Positions 1-10,671 of a DNA stretch of 64,000 nt are shown piece after piece. Origin of the DNA: an uncultured Bacteroidales bacterium (GTDB lineage: Bacteria; Bacteroidota; Bacteroidia; Bacteroidales; CAYVNP01). The stretch is taken from the NCBI GenBank assembly GCA_964452905.1, contig CAYVNP010000013.1:7374-71373 (forward strand), given 5' to 3'. The translations under genes and the position numbers were made by a program. How positions within the stretch are numbered: the first letter of the stretch is position 1; each line of letters opens with the position of its first letter. Under the pieces are notes generated by a model, which worked only from the letters and a program-made list of their open reading frames with translations, ran no database searches and had not been told where the DNA came from.

Positions 1-227
1 TATTTAAATACTGCATTCATATCAGGATTATTCTTCCTCATTGTTTTTTTATAATATTGTGATGCTGTATAATAGTCACCTTCTGCGAAATACTGATCTC
101 CAAGTTTAATGTTATCAACCTTGGTTTGAGATAAAACAGAATTGCTTATTGTTAACAAAAACAAAATTAAAAAAATGAATCCCTTTTTTATTTTACTTCT
201 TTCTTTATATATTCGGAATAAATACAT
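1..227 (-). CDS. Partial CDS (first 75 codons, runs off the window start): secreted protein with a TPR-like start, possibly the OmpA-family third gene of a type-B-cargo/PorP cassette
   Basis: My own minus-strand translation from the ATG at 227-225 gives MYLFRIYKERSKIKKGFIFLILFLLTISNSVLSQTKVDNIKLGDQYFAEGDYYTASQYYKKTMRKNNPDMNAVFK. It has a hydrophobic signal-like segment, then a TPR-like helix, and stays open to position 1. It is absent from the ORF track because it is truncated. The OmpA guess rests only on typical gene order. Confidence 0.4.
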   Translation of the reverse strand, partial: MYLFRIYKERSKIKKGFIFLILFLLTISNSVLSQTKVDNIKLGDQYFAEGDYYTASQYYKKTMRKNNPDMNAVFK

Positions 228-241
228 ATTATATTTTTTCT

Positions 242-1276
242 TTAAAATATAGGACACGGTACTTTTGCCGGGCTCCTGAATTTCGCACTTTGAATATTAT
301 ACATCAATGATAGTTCAAGTCCTCCGCGGTAAAGACTTGCATTATGCAGACGGGAATAATTCACATCATAACTAATCCCTAACGATGCGGAATTATAATC
401 CATTCCTAACATAAATATCGCTGCATCCCCTGCCCGGGTATATAAACCTAAATTGAATGAGTACTGATCTTTCAGAGATTGTTTAACCAGATAACAAAAC
501 TTTGATCCAATGATATACTCCTTGTATTTGCCTTGTGAAATAAATATGAAACAAGGATGTGAAATAAACCTGTTTTGTCTGATAGATATTTTTGATTGAA
601 CCGAGGCGATCACTTTCCTGTTTAATCTGATAGAGTTATTGTTGAAAAAAGATTGTTTGGGTTTATTCAAATGGAACATACTTAACCCGACATTGAAAAA
701 AGTATTATTGCTGGGAAAGTAACTCCAGGTAGCACCTGCACTGAAATCAAAAAATGTAAAATTGGTTGTCGACAAGGTCTCATTGTTGGGCAGATTGGAA
801 TCATAGGTAAATGTTGCATCATCAAACTGATCTCCGAAAGTAAGTTTTTTCAGATTAATTGTTCGCTGGGCTATTCCCGGCATGATGCCAAAGGTAAGAT
901 AGTGGCTGCCTTTATTGTTCAAAGACAATAAATAGGATAAACCTACACTCGCTTGGGTAGTACCGAATTCAGAGTCGCCGGCTTTATCCCTGTTTAAAAT
1001 TATTCCTGTTCCAATAAAACTTAATTGGTTCTTAATTTTCAGTTTTAGGTCAGCAGAGAGAGAAAAAGTTTGATAGGGCACAGATACGGAAGACCATTGA
1101 TTTTTATTATTCAAACAGAAACGGTACTTTCCTTTAAAGTTACCTGCATTGGCAGGATTCAAATTAAGCGGTGATGAAACAAATTGTGAAAAATGAATAT
1201 CCTGACCATAACCCCGACAGTAGAGAAAAGTAATTAATAAAAACAATATTATATTTTTAATTATAGAGATACTCAT
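242..1276 (-). CDS. PorP/SprF family type IX secretion system membrane protein
   Basis: N-terminal signal followed by the family signature QDIHFSQF..SPLNLNPANAG. Beta-strand-rich, about 340 aa. Lies directly downstream of a type-B CTD cargo gene, which is the canonical pairing. Confidence 0.85.
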   Translation of the reverse strand: MSISIIKNIILFLLITFLYCRGYGQDIHFSQFVSSPLNLNPANAGNFKGKYRFCLNNKNQWSSVSVPYQTFSLSADLKLKIKNQLSFIGTGIILNRDKAGDSEFGTTQASVGLSYLLSLNNKGSHYLTFGIMPGIAQRTINLKKLTFGDQFDDATFTYDSNLPNNETLSTTNFTFFDFSAGATWSYFPSNNTFFNVGLSMFHLNKPKQSFFNNNSIRLNRKVIASVQSKISIRQNRFISHPCFIFISQGKYKEYIIGSKFCYLVKQSLKDQYSFNLGLYTRAGDAAIFMLGMDYNSASLGISYDVNYSRLHNASLYRGGLELSLMYNIQSAKFRSPAKVPCPIF

Positions 1277-1327
1277 TCCGTTGAATCCAATGATCTTTTT
1301 TTTGTATGAATAAATTCTAAATATATT

Positions 1328-4300
1328 TTACCGAATCAGGGTTATATTTCCTTTTTTAAAATACTTTTCCTTGTTGATACATTCGGCATCTAAATAATAA
1401 ACATATACTGCAGGGTCACATAATTCTCCTTTATACACTCCATCCCATCCTTCCGATTGATTTTTAGTTTCAAACATTTTTTCGCCCCAACGATCATAAA
1501 CAGCAAAAAATAAATTTTTAATAAATCTTCCTTTTACCGTAAGCAAATCGTTTTTTCCATCCCCATTGGGTGTAAATGCATTCGGAACAAAAATATACGG
1601 CTCACCGCAAATAATTTCTTTTACCTCCACCTTAACCGAATCATACCATTCACAACCAAATCCATCGGTCATCGTTACTCGAAAAACGGTCGTTTTGAGT
1701 GGTGTTACTTCCGAAAAATAATTATCTGGCGTTTTCATTACTGACTCAGGTGACCAATGATAGTTCGCTTGAGGATAATACGTTGTTCGTACAATGGTTG
1801 TTGACCCTTCCCAAATCACAGCAGAATCGGCTGTTGTGGTTAATTTGTAATATTGCATTAACGTGTCCTTCAATTCTATTTTATCTATACGCATACAATT
1901 GTTTTTATCGGTTATTGTAACCGAATATTTCCCTTTACAAAGATTTTCGATGGCAGCACCGGATTGACCATTGCTCCATAAATATTTGTAAGGTGCCATT
2001 CCTCCGGAAACATAAGCAGATACAATACCATTACATGCTTGTAGACAGGTATTGATCTTATAATTCAGTGAATCCAATAAAGGCAAGGGTTCAGTGATTG
2101 GTACGGTTGTATCAGCAAAACATTTGATTTTATCCGTGACCGTAACAATGTATTTTCCCGGTTTTAAGCCGGTAATGGTTGATGATGTTTTTCCATTATT
2201 CCATACAAAAAAATACGGATTTATCCCTCCAGTTACTGATATACTAATCTGTCCATCATTTAAACCGTAGCAACTTACATTTCTAATTTCTTCTATTTGT
2301 ACTTTTATTTCAGAAATATCAACATGAACTGAATCAATGAAAATACATTTATCATTTGAAACCTTCACGTAAAATGTTTTCGGAGAAAGCAGATTTATCA
2401 AATTAAGTTTATTGTCATGTATATTTTTATTCAATGTATCTATAAAATAAGCAGTGGACGACCAAATGTAAACCAACGTATTATCAAACGGAGTAGCCTG
2501 TAAGGTTAATCCTGAACCTTTACAAACGGCAGTATCATTGCCTGCGGTTAATGAAGGGAGTTTAAATACATTGACTTTTGCAATTATAGTATCCGTACAA
2601 CTTTGATTGGTTTCAAGTAACATATATGTTGTTGAATTTGCAGGTGAAGCATAAGGATTAGGAACAGTAGGATCAGAGATACCAGTTGTCGGGAACCAAT
2701 GATAGGTAACATTCGGATCGGGATTAGGACTTACTCCGATCTGTATCTTTTCTCCAAAACAAATTGATTTATCAGGAAGTAAATAGGTTGTATCTTTTAA
2801 CAACTGCAATTGTTTCACAATAGTATCAGCTATATTGCAACTCTGTGAATCAAGTGCAATCAGTTGAATGGAATAGCTTCCGGCTTTCTTAAATGTATGT
2901 ACCGGATCTTTTAAGTAGGATAAAGGTGAGTTATCTCCAAAATTCCAAATGAACTTTTTTCCTAATCCTGTATTCTTAAATGAAATGTTTGCAGGCGCAC
3001 ATTTCACGGGAGGTATGTCGAAATCAGCAAGTGTTAGATCAAAACTGATGTTGATCTTAAATACTGCATTGTTGCAATTCCATGACATATTATGATTTGA
3101 CCATGCACCAATCGTAGTTGGAAAATGATCACAAGCACCACAACTTGCACAGGTTGACTGATAGATATTCCCTTTCTTATCAAAACGGCTGGTACCACCG
3201 TCCACGTGATCATGACCACTGTATTGGCAACCAAAATAGGATAGTTCACCAAAATACGTTGCATACTGCAATGCAGATGCATCATTCTTCATCACCATGA
3301 TATAAAAATCCTGTCCGTCCGTAATTTTTTGAACAGCATCCGTCGTAACATCCATGTTCTTTGTACCTTCAATATTATTCCATGTGTTCCCATCATGATT
3401 GGGCCATTCACGACCCCATCCCGAAATATAAACCCTGTTGCATATATCTACGGAAAAAGCTGTAGGTGAAATATTAGGTTTGCCATTTCCCGTTCCAAAC
3501 GCGGTGGACCAGATGATGGTATCCAGCGTTGTATTCATCTTTGTGATAAATTGTCCGCTGTTTGGCTTATTGTATTTCGCATTGCGGATCATTGTATTCC
3601 CGGGTGCTTTGGTCTGACCGTATATATAAACATGATTTTCCTTATCTGTCCTGACAAAATAGGATTGATCATATTCAGAAGATCCATAATAGGTAGATTT
3701 TAAGATTTTACTTCCATCCTGAGATATATGTGTTAAAAATCCATCTGTTGTGCCTCCATTGTAAATTGTCTGTATTGATCCGGAAGTAACAGGAAAATCA
3801 GATGAACTGGTACCTCCGGTAACAAACAAATTATACATGTTATCTGTATCAATGGAATAAACGGCATCGTCTTCACTCCCTCCAATATATGAACTCCAGA
3901 CCAGTGAAGTAAGATTATTATCAAGTTTAAAAACAACTCCTTCTTCTCTGCCACTAAAGTTTTTTTGAAATGCATTTGAACTGACCGGAAAATCCTTAGA
4001 AAAAGTACAGGTGCCAATATACACATTGTTTTTATCGTCGGTAATAATTTCACCTCTGGCACCGTCTGCATAATTATAATACAAAGAATCATTACCATGC
4101 ATCTGGTTTATTACATAATGCTGCCTGTAATTCAATCCGTCATTGGCAGCCCCCCCGATAAACGTTGAAGCGACCAGATTACTACCATCCGGACTAAGCT
4201 TAGAAACAAAAATATCTATGCCATGAAAAAAACTGACTACATTATCATAAACAATACTGTCGCCACCATTGAAGGTTTTATCATAAGCTGTTGCAGAAAC

Positions 4301-5407
4301 AGGGAAATCCGACGAGCCGGTGGTGCCAAGGATCACCAGTTCATTGGATTGATTAACAATCAAACTATGGGGCATTTCGGAACTATTACCGCCCAGATAC
4401 GTTGCATACAATCTGTTCTGACCTGTAGAATCATATTTGATAATACCAATATCCCAGCCCGGACTATAATCAAAGCTACCACCCGGATCTCCCCCACCAA
4501 AATCAAATTGATAAGCACCAACAGATACAGGATATCCGAAACCGCAAACAATTCCGCCCGAATAAACATTTCCCTGCAGATCATATGTCGCAGTAAACCC
4601 CCAATTATCAGCTGTTGAGCCGGAATAGGTTGAAAAAACCAAACCCGGATCAATGACCAATTTTTTTGTTTTATCATATCCTTCAGGAAAAATAAATCGA
4701 ACCGTTTGACCCTGCAAAAAATATTTACAAGGAATCATTATTTTTTGTTCTCCGATCATTTGATAAGCAATTGGCTTGGTTTCATAAATCTTTCCAACAC
4801 TCGTTTTAATTACTAACCGTTCTGAATTTATTGAAATATCATCTATTCCTTCATAGGAAAAAGAAATGTCATCCGTGTTTCCATTTGGACTGATGATAAA
4901 ATCGTATTTCAAAATTTTGTCAGTACTATACACTTTCAAATTAATATTCTTATACATTTCTTGGTATTCAATTAATTTAAATTTTCTAACATATGAAACC
5001 CATCTTGATTTGTTTTTTCCAATAAAATAATTTATATAATCAGGAGATTGAACAGAAGGAACTAGTTGTGTTGAGAGATTTGAATTTAAAAAATGCACTT
5101 TATACACATGACCATTCACACGAATATTCTTGGGTTTAATTACTTTATCATAATCATTGTGAGCATGTGAATGAGAAATATTTTCAAGATTGATCAGGTT
5201 AAACGTAAAACCGTCTTTTTCAAGAAAAATAGTATGTGAACCAATGTCTGTTTTGTATAAAACTTTTTTGTTCCATTGATTTTTATTTTCAATAAATTCG
5301 AGATTTCCGTCAGATCTGACTGATGTGGATAATTCATCTTTCATGCTCTGAGCCATTGAAAGAAAAACATAAAAAAGAAAATAGAATACGAATAGGTTTT
5401 GTTTCAT
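1328..5407 (-). CDS. Giant cell-surface adhesin with a T9SS type-B (gliding-motility-associated) C-terminal sorting domain
   Basis: Signal peptide. SBBP-type beta-propeller repeats (G.T.S.DFPV[ST]..A.Q). PKD-like segment (FIWNFGDNSPLS..PVHTFKKAGSYSIQL). Two SprB-type repeats (CYGLNDGQISISVTGG..PYFFVWNNG and CNGIVSAYVSGGMAPYKYLWSNG). C-terminus IFVPNAFTPNGDGKNDLL...YDRWGEKMFE...GWDG is typical of the type-B sorting domain. Confidence 0.9.
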   Translation of the reverse strand: MKQNLFVFYFLFYVFLSMAQSMKDELSTSVRSDGNLEFIENKNQWNKKVLYKTDIGSHTIFLEKDGFTFNLINLENISHSHAHNDYDKVIKPKNIRVNGHVYKVHFLNSNLSTQLVPSVQSPDYINYFIGKNKSRWVSYVRKFKLIEYQEMYKNINLKVYSTDKILKYDFIISPNGNTDDISFSYEGIDDISINSERLVIKTSVGKIYETKPIAYQMIGEQKIMIPCKYFLQGQTVRFIFPEGYDKTKKLVIDPGLVFSTYSGSTADNWGFTATYDLQGNVYSGGIVCGFGYPVSVGAYQFDFGGGDPGGSFDYSPGWDIGIIKYDSTGQNRLYATYLGGNSSEMPHSLIVNQSNELVILGTTGSSDFPVSATAYDKTFNGGDSIVYDNVVSFFHGIDIFVSKLSPDGSNLVASTFIGGAANDGLNYRQHYVINQMHGNDSLYYNYADGARGEIITDDKNNVYIGTCTFSKDFPVSSNAFQKNFSGREEGVVFKLDNNLTSLVWSSYIGGSEDDAVYSIDTDNMYNLFVTGGTSSSDFPVTSGSIQTIYNGGTTDGFLTHISQDGSKILKSTYYGSSEYDQSYFVRTDKENHVYIYGQTKAPGNTMIRNAKYNKPNSGQFITKMNTTLDTIIWSTAFGTGNGKPNISPTAFSVDICNRVYISGWGREWPNHDGNTWNNIEGTKNMDVTTDAVQKITDGQDFYIMVMKNDASALQYATYFGELSYFGCQYSGHDHVDGGTSRFDKKGNIYQSTCASCGACDHFPTTIGAWSNHNMSWNCNNAVFKINISFDLTLADFDIPPVKCAPANISFKNTGLGKKFIWNFGDNSPLSYLKDPVHTFKKAGSYSIQLIALDSQSCNIADTIVKQLQLLKDTTYLLPDKSICFGEKIQIGVSPNPDPNVTYHWFPTTGISDPTVPNPYASPANSTTYMLLETNQSCTDTIIAKVNVFKLPSLTAGNDTAVCKGSGLTLQATPFDNTLVYIWSSTAYFIDTLNKNIHDNKLNLINLLSPKTFYVKVSNDKCIFIDSVHVDISEIKVQIEEIRNVSCYGLNDGQISISVTGGINPYFFVWNNGKTSSTITGLKPGKYIVTVTDKIKCFADTTVPITEPLPLLDSLNYKINTCLQACNGIVSAYVSGGMAPYKYLWSNGQSGAAIENLCKGKYSVTITDKNNCMRIDKIELKDTLMQYYKLTTTADSAVIWEGSTTIVRTTYYPQANYHWSPESVMKTPDNYFSEVTPLKTTVFRVTMTDGFGCEWYDSVKVEVKEIICGEPYIFVPNAFTPNGDGKNDLLTVKGRFIKNLFFAVYDRWGEKMFETKNQSEGWDGVYKGELCDPAVYVYYLDAECINKEKYFKKGNITLIR

Positions 5408-5722
5408 TTATTTAATTTTTCATCAAGGAAATTTCTTGCCTGTATATTATTGTGAATATAAAAATATAAAATTACTTTAAATTCAAACTTAACAAAAATA
5501 AATTCATTCATTTTGTTATATCATGTTCTTTAATAAATAAAGATTGTTTTTTTATAGATAAGGTTGCATCATTTTTATTTTGTTCAATTTTTTTGAGAAA
5601 AAACAGGATAAAATTGAAAATCATCAACTATTAAAAAGTATTTTTCAACAAGTGGAACGGATTCTGTTTTTTTGAATAATTTTACCATTCATTTTTCTTT
5701 TTATTTCCTGAACCGATTTAAT

Positions 5723-8700
5723 ATGCCTGAATTTACTCATTTGCATGTACATACTCATTTTTCTATTCTTGACGGTGCTGCCGCCATTGATTCTCTTTTT
5801 GATAAGGCAGTGGCATCAGGCATGAAGGCATTAGCCATTACCGATCATGGAAATATGTTTGGTGTTCTCAAGTTTGTTCAGGAAGCAAAAAAAAGAAAAT
5901 TAAAACCTATTATCGGAAGTGAATTATATGTTGCTTCTGAAACCCGCTTTAAAAAAGAAACAAAAAACGATCGTAGCGGCGATCACCTGATTTTACTTGC
6001 AAAAAACATCACCGGATATGAAAATCTTTCAAGATTATCATCGCTCGGATTTATCGAAGGATTTTATTACACCCCCCGCATTGATAAAGAACTTTTACGT
6101 AATTATCATGAAGGACTGATTGCATCATCCGCTTGTTTGGGTGGAGAAATTCCATCCCGAATCATTGAAGGAAAAATTGATCTGGCTGAACAAGCATTGC
6201 AGGAATATCTGGATATTTTCGGAGAAGATTTTTATCTTGAAATGATGAACCACGGCATCCGGGAGCAAAAGATTGTCAACGAAGAACTGATCCGGATGTC
6301 AGCTAAATTCAATGTCAAACTGATTGCGACCAATGATGTTCATTTTATTGATGCCAAGGATGCTGAAGCTCATAATATTCTGATCTGTCTGAATACAGGC
6401 AAAGACATTGATGATCAACAAACATTGGTTTATACCGGTCAGGAATACCTGAAAACACCGGATGAAATGATGCAACTGTTTGCTGATTTTCCTGAAGCCA
6501 TTGAAAACACACAGGAAATAGTTGACAAAATTGAATCATTTAGTTTAGAAAGAAAAACCATACTACCTGTTTTTCCTTTGCCGGATGGCTTTACATCAGA
6601 AAACGATTTCCTACGACATCTAACCTATGAAGGCGCCAAAACAAAATATCCTGAATTAACCGAAGAACTTACAACACGTCTGGACTATGAACTCCGCGTG
6701 ATAGCCGAGATGGGATTCCCCGGTTATTTTCTGATTGTACAGGATGTGATCAATCAGGCACGCAAGATGGACGTGGCTGTTGGTCCGGGTAGAGGTTCTG
6801 CTGCCGGCTCTGCTGTTGCATTTTGTATCGGCATCACCAATATTGACCCAATCAAATATAATCTTCTCTTTGAACGCTTCCTCAACCCTGAACGCGTGTC
6901 CATGCCCGATATTGATATTGATTTTGATGATGACGGACGCGACCGCGTAATCAAATATGTGATCGATAAATACGGGAAAGAAAAGGTAGCACAGATCGTA
7001 ACCTTTGGCACGATGGCTGCAAAATCATCCATCCGTGATGTTGCGCGGGTTTTGAAACTCCCTTTACCCATTGCTGACCGTCTGGCAAAACTCGTTCCTG
7101 AATCACCCGGCATAACACTTAAAAAAGCATATGTTGAAGTGAAAGAGCTTTCCTTTGAAAAAGAACAAGGGGAACCACTTGTTAAAAAAACACTTGAACT
7201 GGCTGAAGTACTTGAAGGATCGGCACGTCATACCGGTGTTCATGCCTGCGGAATGATCATCGGCCCCAATGATCTGATCAACCTGATTCCACTGGCTACA
7301 GCCAAAGATTCCGAACTGATGGTTACGCAATACGAAGGGAAGCTGGTTGAATCAGTCGGTATGTTAAAAATGGATTTTCTTGGTTTGAAAACACTTTCCA
7401 TTTTAAAAGATGCAATAGAAAATATTTATAAAAGACACGGAATCAGAATCGATATAGATACGATTCCTCTTGATGACGCACTCACATTCAAACTCTTTCA
7501 AAAGGGCAATACGATTGGCATATTCCAGTTTGAGTCGGATGGAATGAGAACCTATATGAAAGATCTCAAACCAACGAGCATTGAAGATCTGATTGCCATG
7601 AATGCTCTGTACAGACCGGGACCAATGGATAACATTCCTACCTACATCCAACGAAAACACGGAAATGAAAAAGTAAATTATCATCATCCCTGGTTGGAAG
7701 AAATATTAAAACCGACCTACGGCATCATGGTCTATCAGGAGGAGATCATGCAGGCAGCACAGATCATGGCTGGTTATTCCCTTGCCGGCGCTGATAATCT
7801 GCGTCGGGCGATGGGAAAGAAAAAACCCGAAGTCATGGCTGAACAACGGGAAGTATTTGTTAAAGGTGCCACGGCAAAAGGAGTTGATAAAGACAAAGCG
7901 GAAGAAATTTTTAACTTCATGCAGAAGTTTGCTGAATATGGATTTAATCGTTCCCATTCAGCTGCCTACTCTGTGATTGCTTATCAAACAGCGTACTTGA
8001 AGGCGCATTATCCAGCTGAATTTATGGCTGCTGTATTAACTCATAACCTAACAGATATAAAAAGTATCAGCTTCTACATCGAAGAATGTAAACGACAAAA
8101 AATTGCCATTCACGGACCGGATGTGAATGAAAGTCATTTTAAATTTATTGTCAATAAAAAAGGGGAAATCCGTTTTGGATTGGGCGCTGTGAAAGGCGTT
8201 GGTGAAGCAGCCGTAGAATCCATCGTGACTGAAAGAGAAAACGGGGCCGCATTTAATAATATATTCAATTTTACTGAACGTGTTAATCTGCGGGCTGTCA
8301 ACAAACGCAGTCTGGAAGCACTTGCACAGGCCGGTGCTTTTGATAGTTTTGAGTCAGCTCACAGAGCACAATATTTTTTTAAAGATAAACCTGACGATCT
8401 TACTTTTCTTGAAAAAATAATCAAGATGGCAAGTGATGTTCAGAATAAAAAAAGAATGAATCAACATTCTTTATTTGGTGAAACCGAACATTTTGAAATG
8501 ACCCAATTGGAACTTCCCAAATGTGAACCATGGAACCGACTGGAGTTACTTAAAAAAGAAAAGGAAGTTACAGGATTCTATCTATCGGGTCATCCGTTGG
8601 ATGATTACAAACTGGAATTGAATTGTTTCTGCAACATTGATATCAATTCATTAAATGAAAATATTTTAACCTTATATAAACAAAAAAAAGAATTTTATTT

Positions 8701-9217
8701 TGCCGGTATCGTTACTTCATTTTTACAACGAACTACCAAAAGTGACACATTATACGGTAGTTTCACGCTTGAAGATTACAGTGGAACGATCCGCCTTACA
8801 CTCTTTTCTGAACCCTATCTGAAATGGAAACCGTTTATTCAGGAAGTAGGACAATTACTGCTGATCAAAGCAGTTGTTCAGGACAGATATTATAATAAAG
8901 GTCAACAAAATCAAGATAAAAATACAACCATCAATCCGGAAATAAAAATTTCAACTATTTCCTTATTGTCTGAAACGATTGATAAAATGGTAAAAAAAGT
9001 GATTGTTTTACTGCCTTTATCTACTATTGATAAAGACTTAATCACCGATATGCAAACTCAGATCAAAGAGAATCCGGGCGAATGCAAAATTGAATTTATC
9101 GTTCAGGATGGAAATAAAAATCAGATTACGATGAAACCGAGTAATGGCGGGCTTAAGGTAAATAGTCTATTTATCAAATATCTTAAAACTTCTGACATAC
9201 CATTCAAATTAAATTAA
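5723..9217 (+). CDS. dnaE: DNA polymerase III alpha subunit
   Basis: PHP domain start MPEFTHLHVHTHFSILDGA, then GPGRGSAAGS, PDIDIDF, FNRSHSAAY. About 1160 aa. I moved the start to the ATG at 5723 because the track ORF opens at an upstream TTG (5672). Confidence 0.97.
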   Translation: MPEFTHLHVHTHFSILDGAAAIDSLFDKAVASGMKALAITDHGNMFGVLKFVQEAKKRKLKPIIGSELYVASETRFKKETKNDRSGDHLILLAKNITGYENLSRLSSLGFIEGFYYTPRIDKELLRNYHEGLIASSACLGGEIPSRIIEGKIDLAEQALQEYLDIFGEDFYLEMMNHGIREQKIVNEELIRMSAKFNVKLIATNDVHFIDAKDAEAHNILICLNTGKDIDDQQTLVYTGQEYLKTPDEMMQLFADFPEAIENTQEIVDKIESFSLERKTILPVFPLPDGFTSENDFLRHLTYEGAKTKYPELTEELTTRLDYELRVIAEMGFPGYFLIVQDVINQARKMDVAVGPGRGSAAGSAVAFCIGITNIDPIKYNLLFERFLNPERVSMPDIDIDFDDDGRDRVIKYVIDKYGKEKVAQIVTFGTMAAKSSIRDVARVLKLPLPIADRLAKLVPESPGITLKKAYVEVKELSFEKEQGEPLVKKTLELAEVLEGSARHTGVHACGMIIGPNDLINLIPLATAKDSELMVTQYEGKLVESVGMLKMDFLGLKTLSILKDAIENIYKRHGIRIDIDTIPLDDALTFKLFQKGNTIGIFQFESDGMRTYMKDLKPTSIEDLIAMNALYRPGPMDNIPTYIQRKHGNEKVNYHHPWLEEILKPTYGIMVYQEEIMQAAQIMAGYSLAGADNLRRAMGKKKPEVMAEQREVFVKGATAKGVDKDKAEEIFNFMQKFAEYGFNRSHSAAYSVIAYQTAYLKAHYPAEFMAAVLTHNLTDIKSISFYIEECKRQKIAIHGPDVNESHFKFIVNKKGEIRFGLGAVKGVGEAAVESIVTERENGAAFNNIFNFTERVNLRAVNKRSLEALAQAGAFDSFESAHRAQYFFKDKPDDLTFLEKIIKMASDVQNKKRMNQHSLFGETEHFEMTQLELPKCEPWNRLELLKKEKEVTGFYLSGHPLDDYKLELNCFCNIDINSLNENILTLYKQKKEFYFAGIVTSFLQRTTKSDTLYGSFTLEDYSGTIRLTLFSEPYLKWKPFIQEVGQLLLIKAVVQDRYYNKGQQNQDKNTTINPEIKISTISLLSETIDKMVKKVIVLLPLSTIDKDLITDMQTQIKENPGECKIEFIVQDGNKNQITMKPSNGGLKVNSLFIKYLKTSDIPFKLN

Positions 9218-9289
9218 TACTAAAAATAATTAGCTTAAATAAAAAATTTATATAAATTTATCCAAAAAATAATTTAAAAAACTAAATCT

Positions 9290-9607
9290 ATGGCAATAGA
9301 ACTTACTGAAGAAACCTTTGATCAACATGTGTTGAATGAAACTAAACCCGTATTGGTTGATTTCTGGGCTGAATGGTGCGGTCCATGCAGACTCATTGCT
9401 CCTGTTCTTGAAGAACTATCAAACGAATATAAAGATAAAGCAGTGATTGCAAAAGTCAGTGTGGATGATAATCCCACCATTACTGAAAAGTATAAAGTAA
9501 TCAATATTCCTACCATGCTTTTCTTTAAAAATGGTGTTGTGGTGGATAAACTGATTGGTGCATCTAACAAGGCAACCATTATCCAAAAATTAAATTCTTT
9601 AGTATAG
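9290..9607 (+). CDS. trxA: Thioredoxin
   Basis: 105 aa with VLVDFWAEWCGPCRLIAP (WCGPC active site) and a thioredoxin-fold length. Confidence 0.95.
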   Translation: MAIELTEETFDQHVLNETKPVLVDFWAEWCGPCRLIAPVLEELSNEYKDKAVIAKVSVDDNPTITEKYKVINIPTMLFFKNGVVVDKLIGASNKATIIQKLNSLV

Positions 9608-9726
9608 TTTTTTTTCATGGTTCATCAGTCACACCATGACGTCTACCTTGAACTTATCAAAGGGCGAATATTATACTTCGAATTAAATTATATTTATTGA
9701 TTTCAATTCTTTGAAAGACAAATGTG

Positions 9727-10662
9727 ATGCAATACACTATTCAACAGGAGAAATTATATCCGTTTGGAAGCCTTGAATTACTTGCCAGACAGGTGGTAGA
9801 AGGATTCATTGTCGGATTGCACAAAAGTCCTTTTCATGGTTTTTCAGTTGAATTTGCTGAGCATAGACAATATAATTCGGGTGAATCAATCAAACATATT
9901 GATTGGAAACTCTATGGACGAACGGATAAACTTTATGTAAAACGTTATGAAGAAGAAACCAATCTCCGTTGTCAGATCGTCATTGATCATTCATCCTCCA
10001 TGTATTTTCCGGTTCGCAAAGAATTAACAGTTGAACATCCCAATAAAATAACTTTTTCAATTTACTGTGCCGCTGCACTCATCAACCTGCTTCGGATACA
10101 GCGAGATGCGGTGGGGTTAAGTATTTTCTCAGATGAAATTGAAACACATACGTCTGCCCGTTCATCCAGCGTTCATCATAAATATTTGTTTAATTTACTT
10201 GAACAAATGTTAGCACCTCAACCAGACCAAACGTTTAAAAAAACGTCTGCTGCTACTGTCCTCCATCGGATTTCCGAAAATATCCATAAACGATCGCTCG
10301 TAGTTATTTTCAGCGATATGTTTGAGAATAGTGATGCTGAAAATAATATGTTCTCCGCATTGCAACATCTTAAACACAATAAACATGAAGTAATTTTATT
10401 TCATGTAGTGGACAGGCAAAAAGAAATTGATTTTGATTTTGACGGAAGACCTTATAAATTTATTGATTTAGAAAGTGGTAAAGAAATGAAATTGAATCCT
10501 GTTGAAATCAAAAAAAAATATATTGATGCTATTCATGAATTTGAAAAAAACCTCAAACTTCGTTGTAATCAATACCGGATTGATCTTGTTCAAGCCGATA
10601 TCAATAAGGGCTTTCAGGAAGTGTTACTTCCATATCTGATGAAAAGAGAAAAAATGTTTTAA
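9727..10662 (+). CDS. DUF58 domain-containing (vWA-like) protein
   Basis: SPFHGFSVEFAEHRQYNSGESIKHIDWKLYGRTDKLYVKRYEEETNL is the conserved DUF58 core. ATG at 9727 (track start 9724 is GTG). Confidence 0.8.
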   Translation: MQYTIQQEKLYPFGSLELLARQVVEGFIVGLHKSPFHGFSVEFAEHRQYNSGESIKHIDWKLYGRTDKLYVKRYEEETNLRCQIVIDHSSSMYFPVRKELTVEHPNKITFSIYCAAALINLLRIQRDAVGLSIFSDEIETHTSARSSSVHHKYLFNLLEQMLAPQPDQTFKKTSAATVLHRISENIHKRSLVVIFSDMFENSDAENNMFSALQHLKHNKHEVILFHVVDRQKEIDFDFDGRPYKFIDLESGKEMKLNPVEIKKKYIDAIHEFEKNLKLRCNQYRIDLVQADINKGFQEVLLPYLMKREKMF

Positions 10663-10671
10663 TATTCTTTG

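Noticed and set aside
1699-4677. ORFs of 60-131 aa on both strands inside the 1,359-aa adhesin gene (1699..1920, 3034..3285, 3118..3300, 3733..4098, 4223..4618, 4360..4677)
   Set aside because: They lie entirely within, or antisense to, a long ORF with clear domain content. Their translations are low-complexity or hydrophobic nonsense with no motifs, so they are shadow ORFs.
6345-7976. Antisense and alternative-frame ORFs inside dnaE (6345..6539, 6754..7113, 7103..7330, 7403..7687, 7706..7957, 7782..7976)
   Set aside because: dnaE is unambiguous across this span and the overlapping ORFs have no recognisable features. The same reasoning applies to the small ORFs inside the RND pump, MFP, pfkA, aspS, PNP, the tail-fibre gene, the thaumatin gene and others in the track.
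9322-9618. 98-aa ORF antisense to trxA
   Set aside because: It overlaps the thioredoxin gene completely. The thioredoxin frame carries the WCGPC active site, while the antisense product has no motif.
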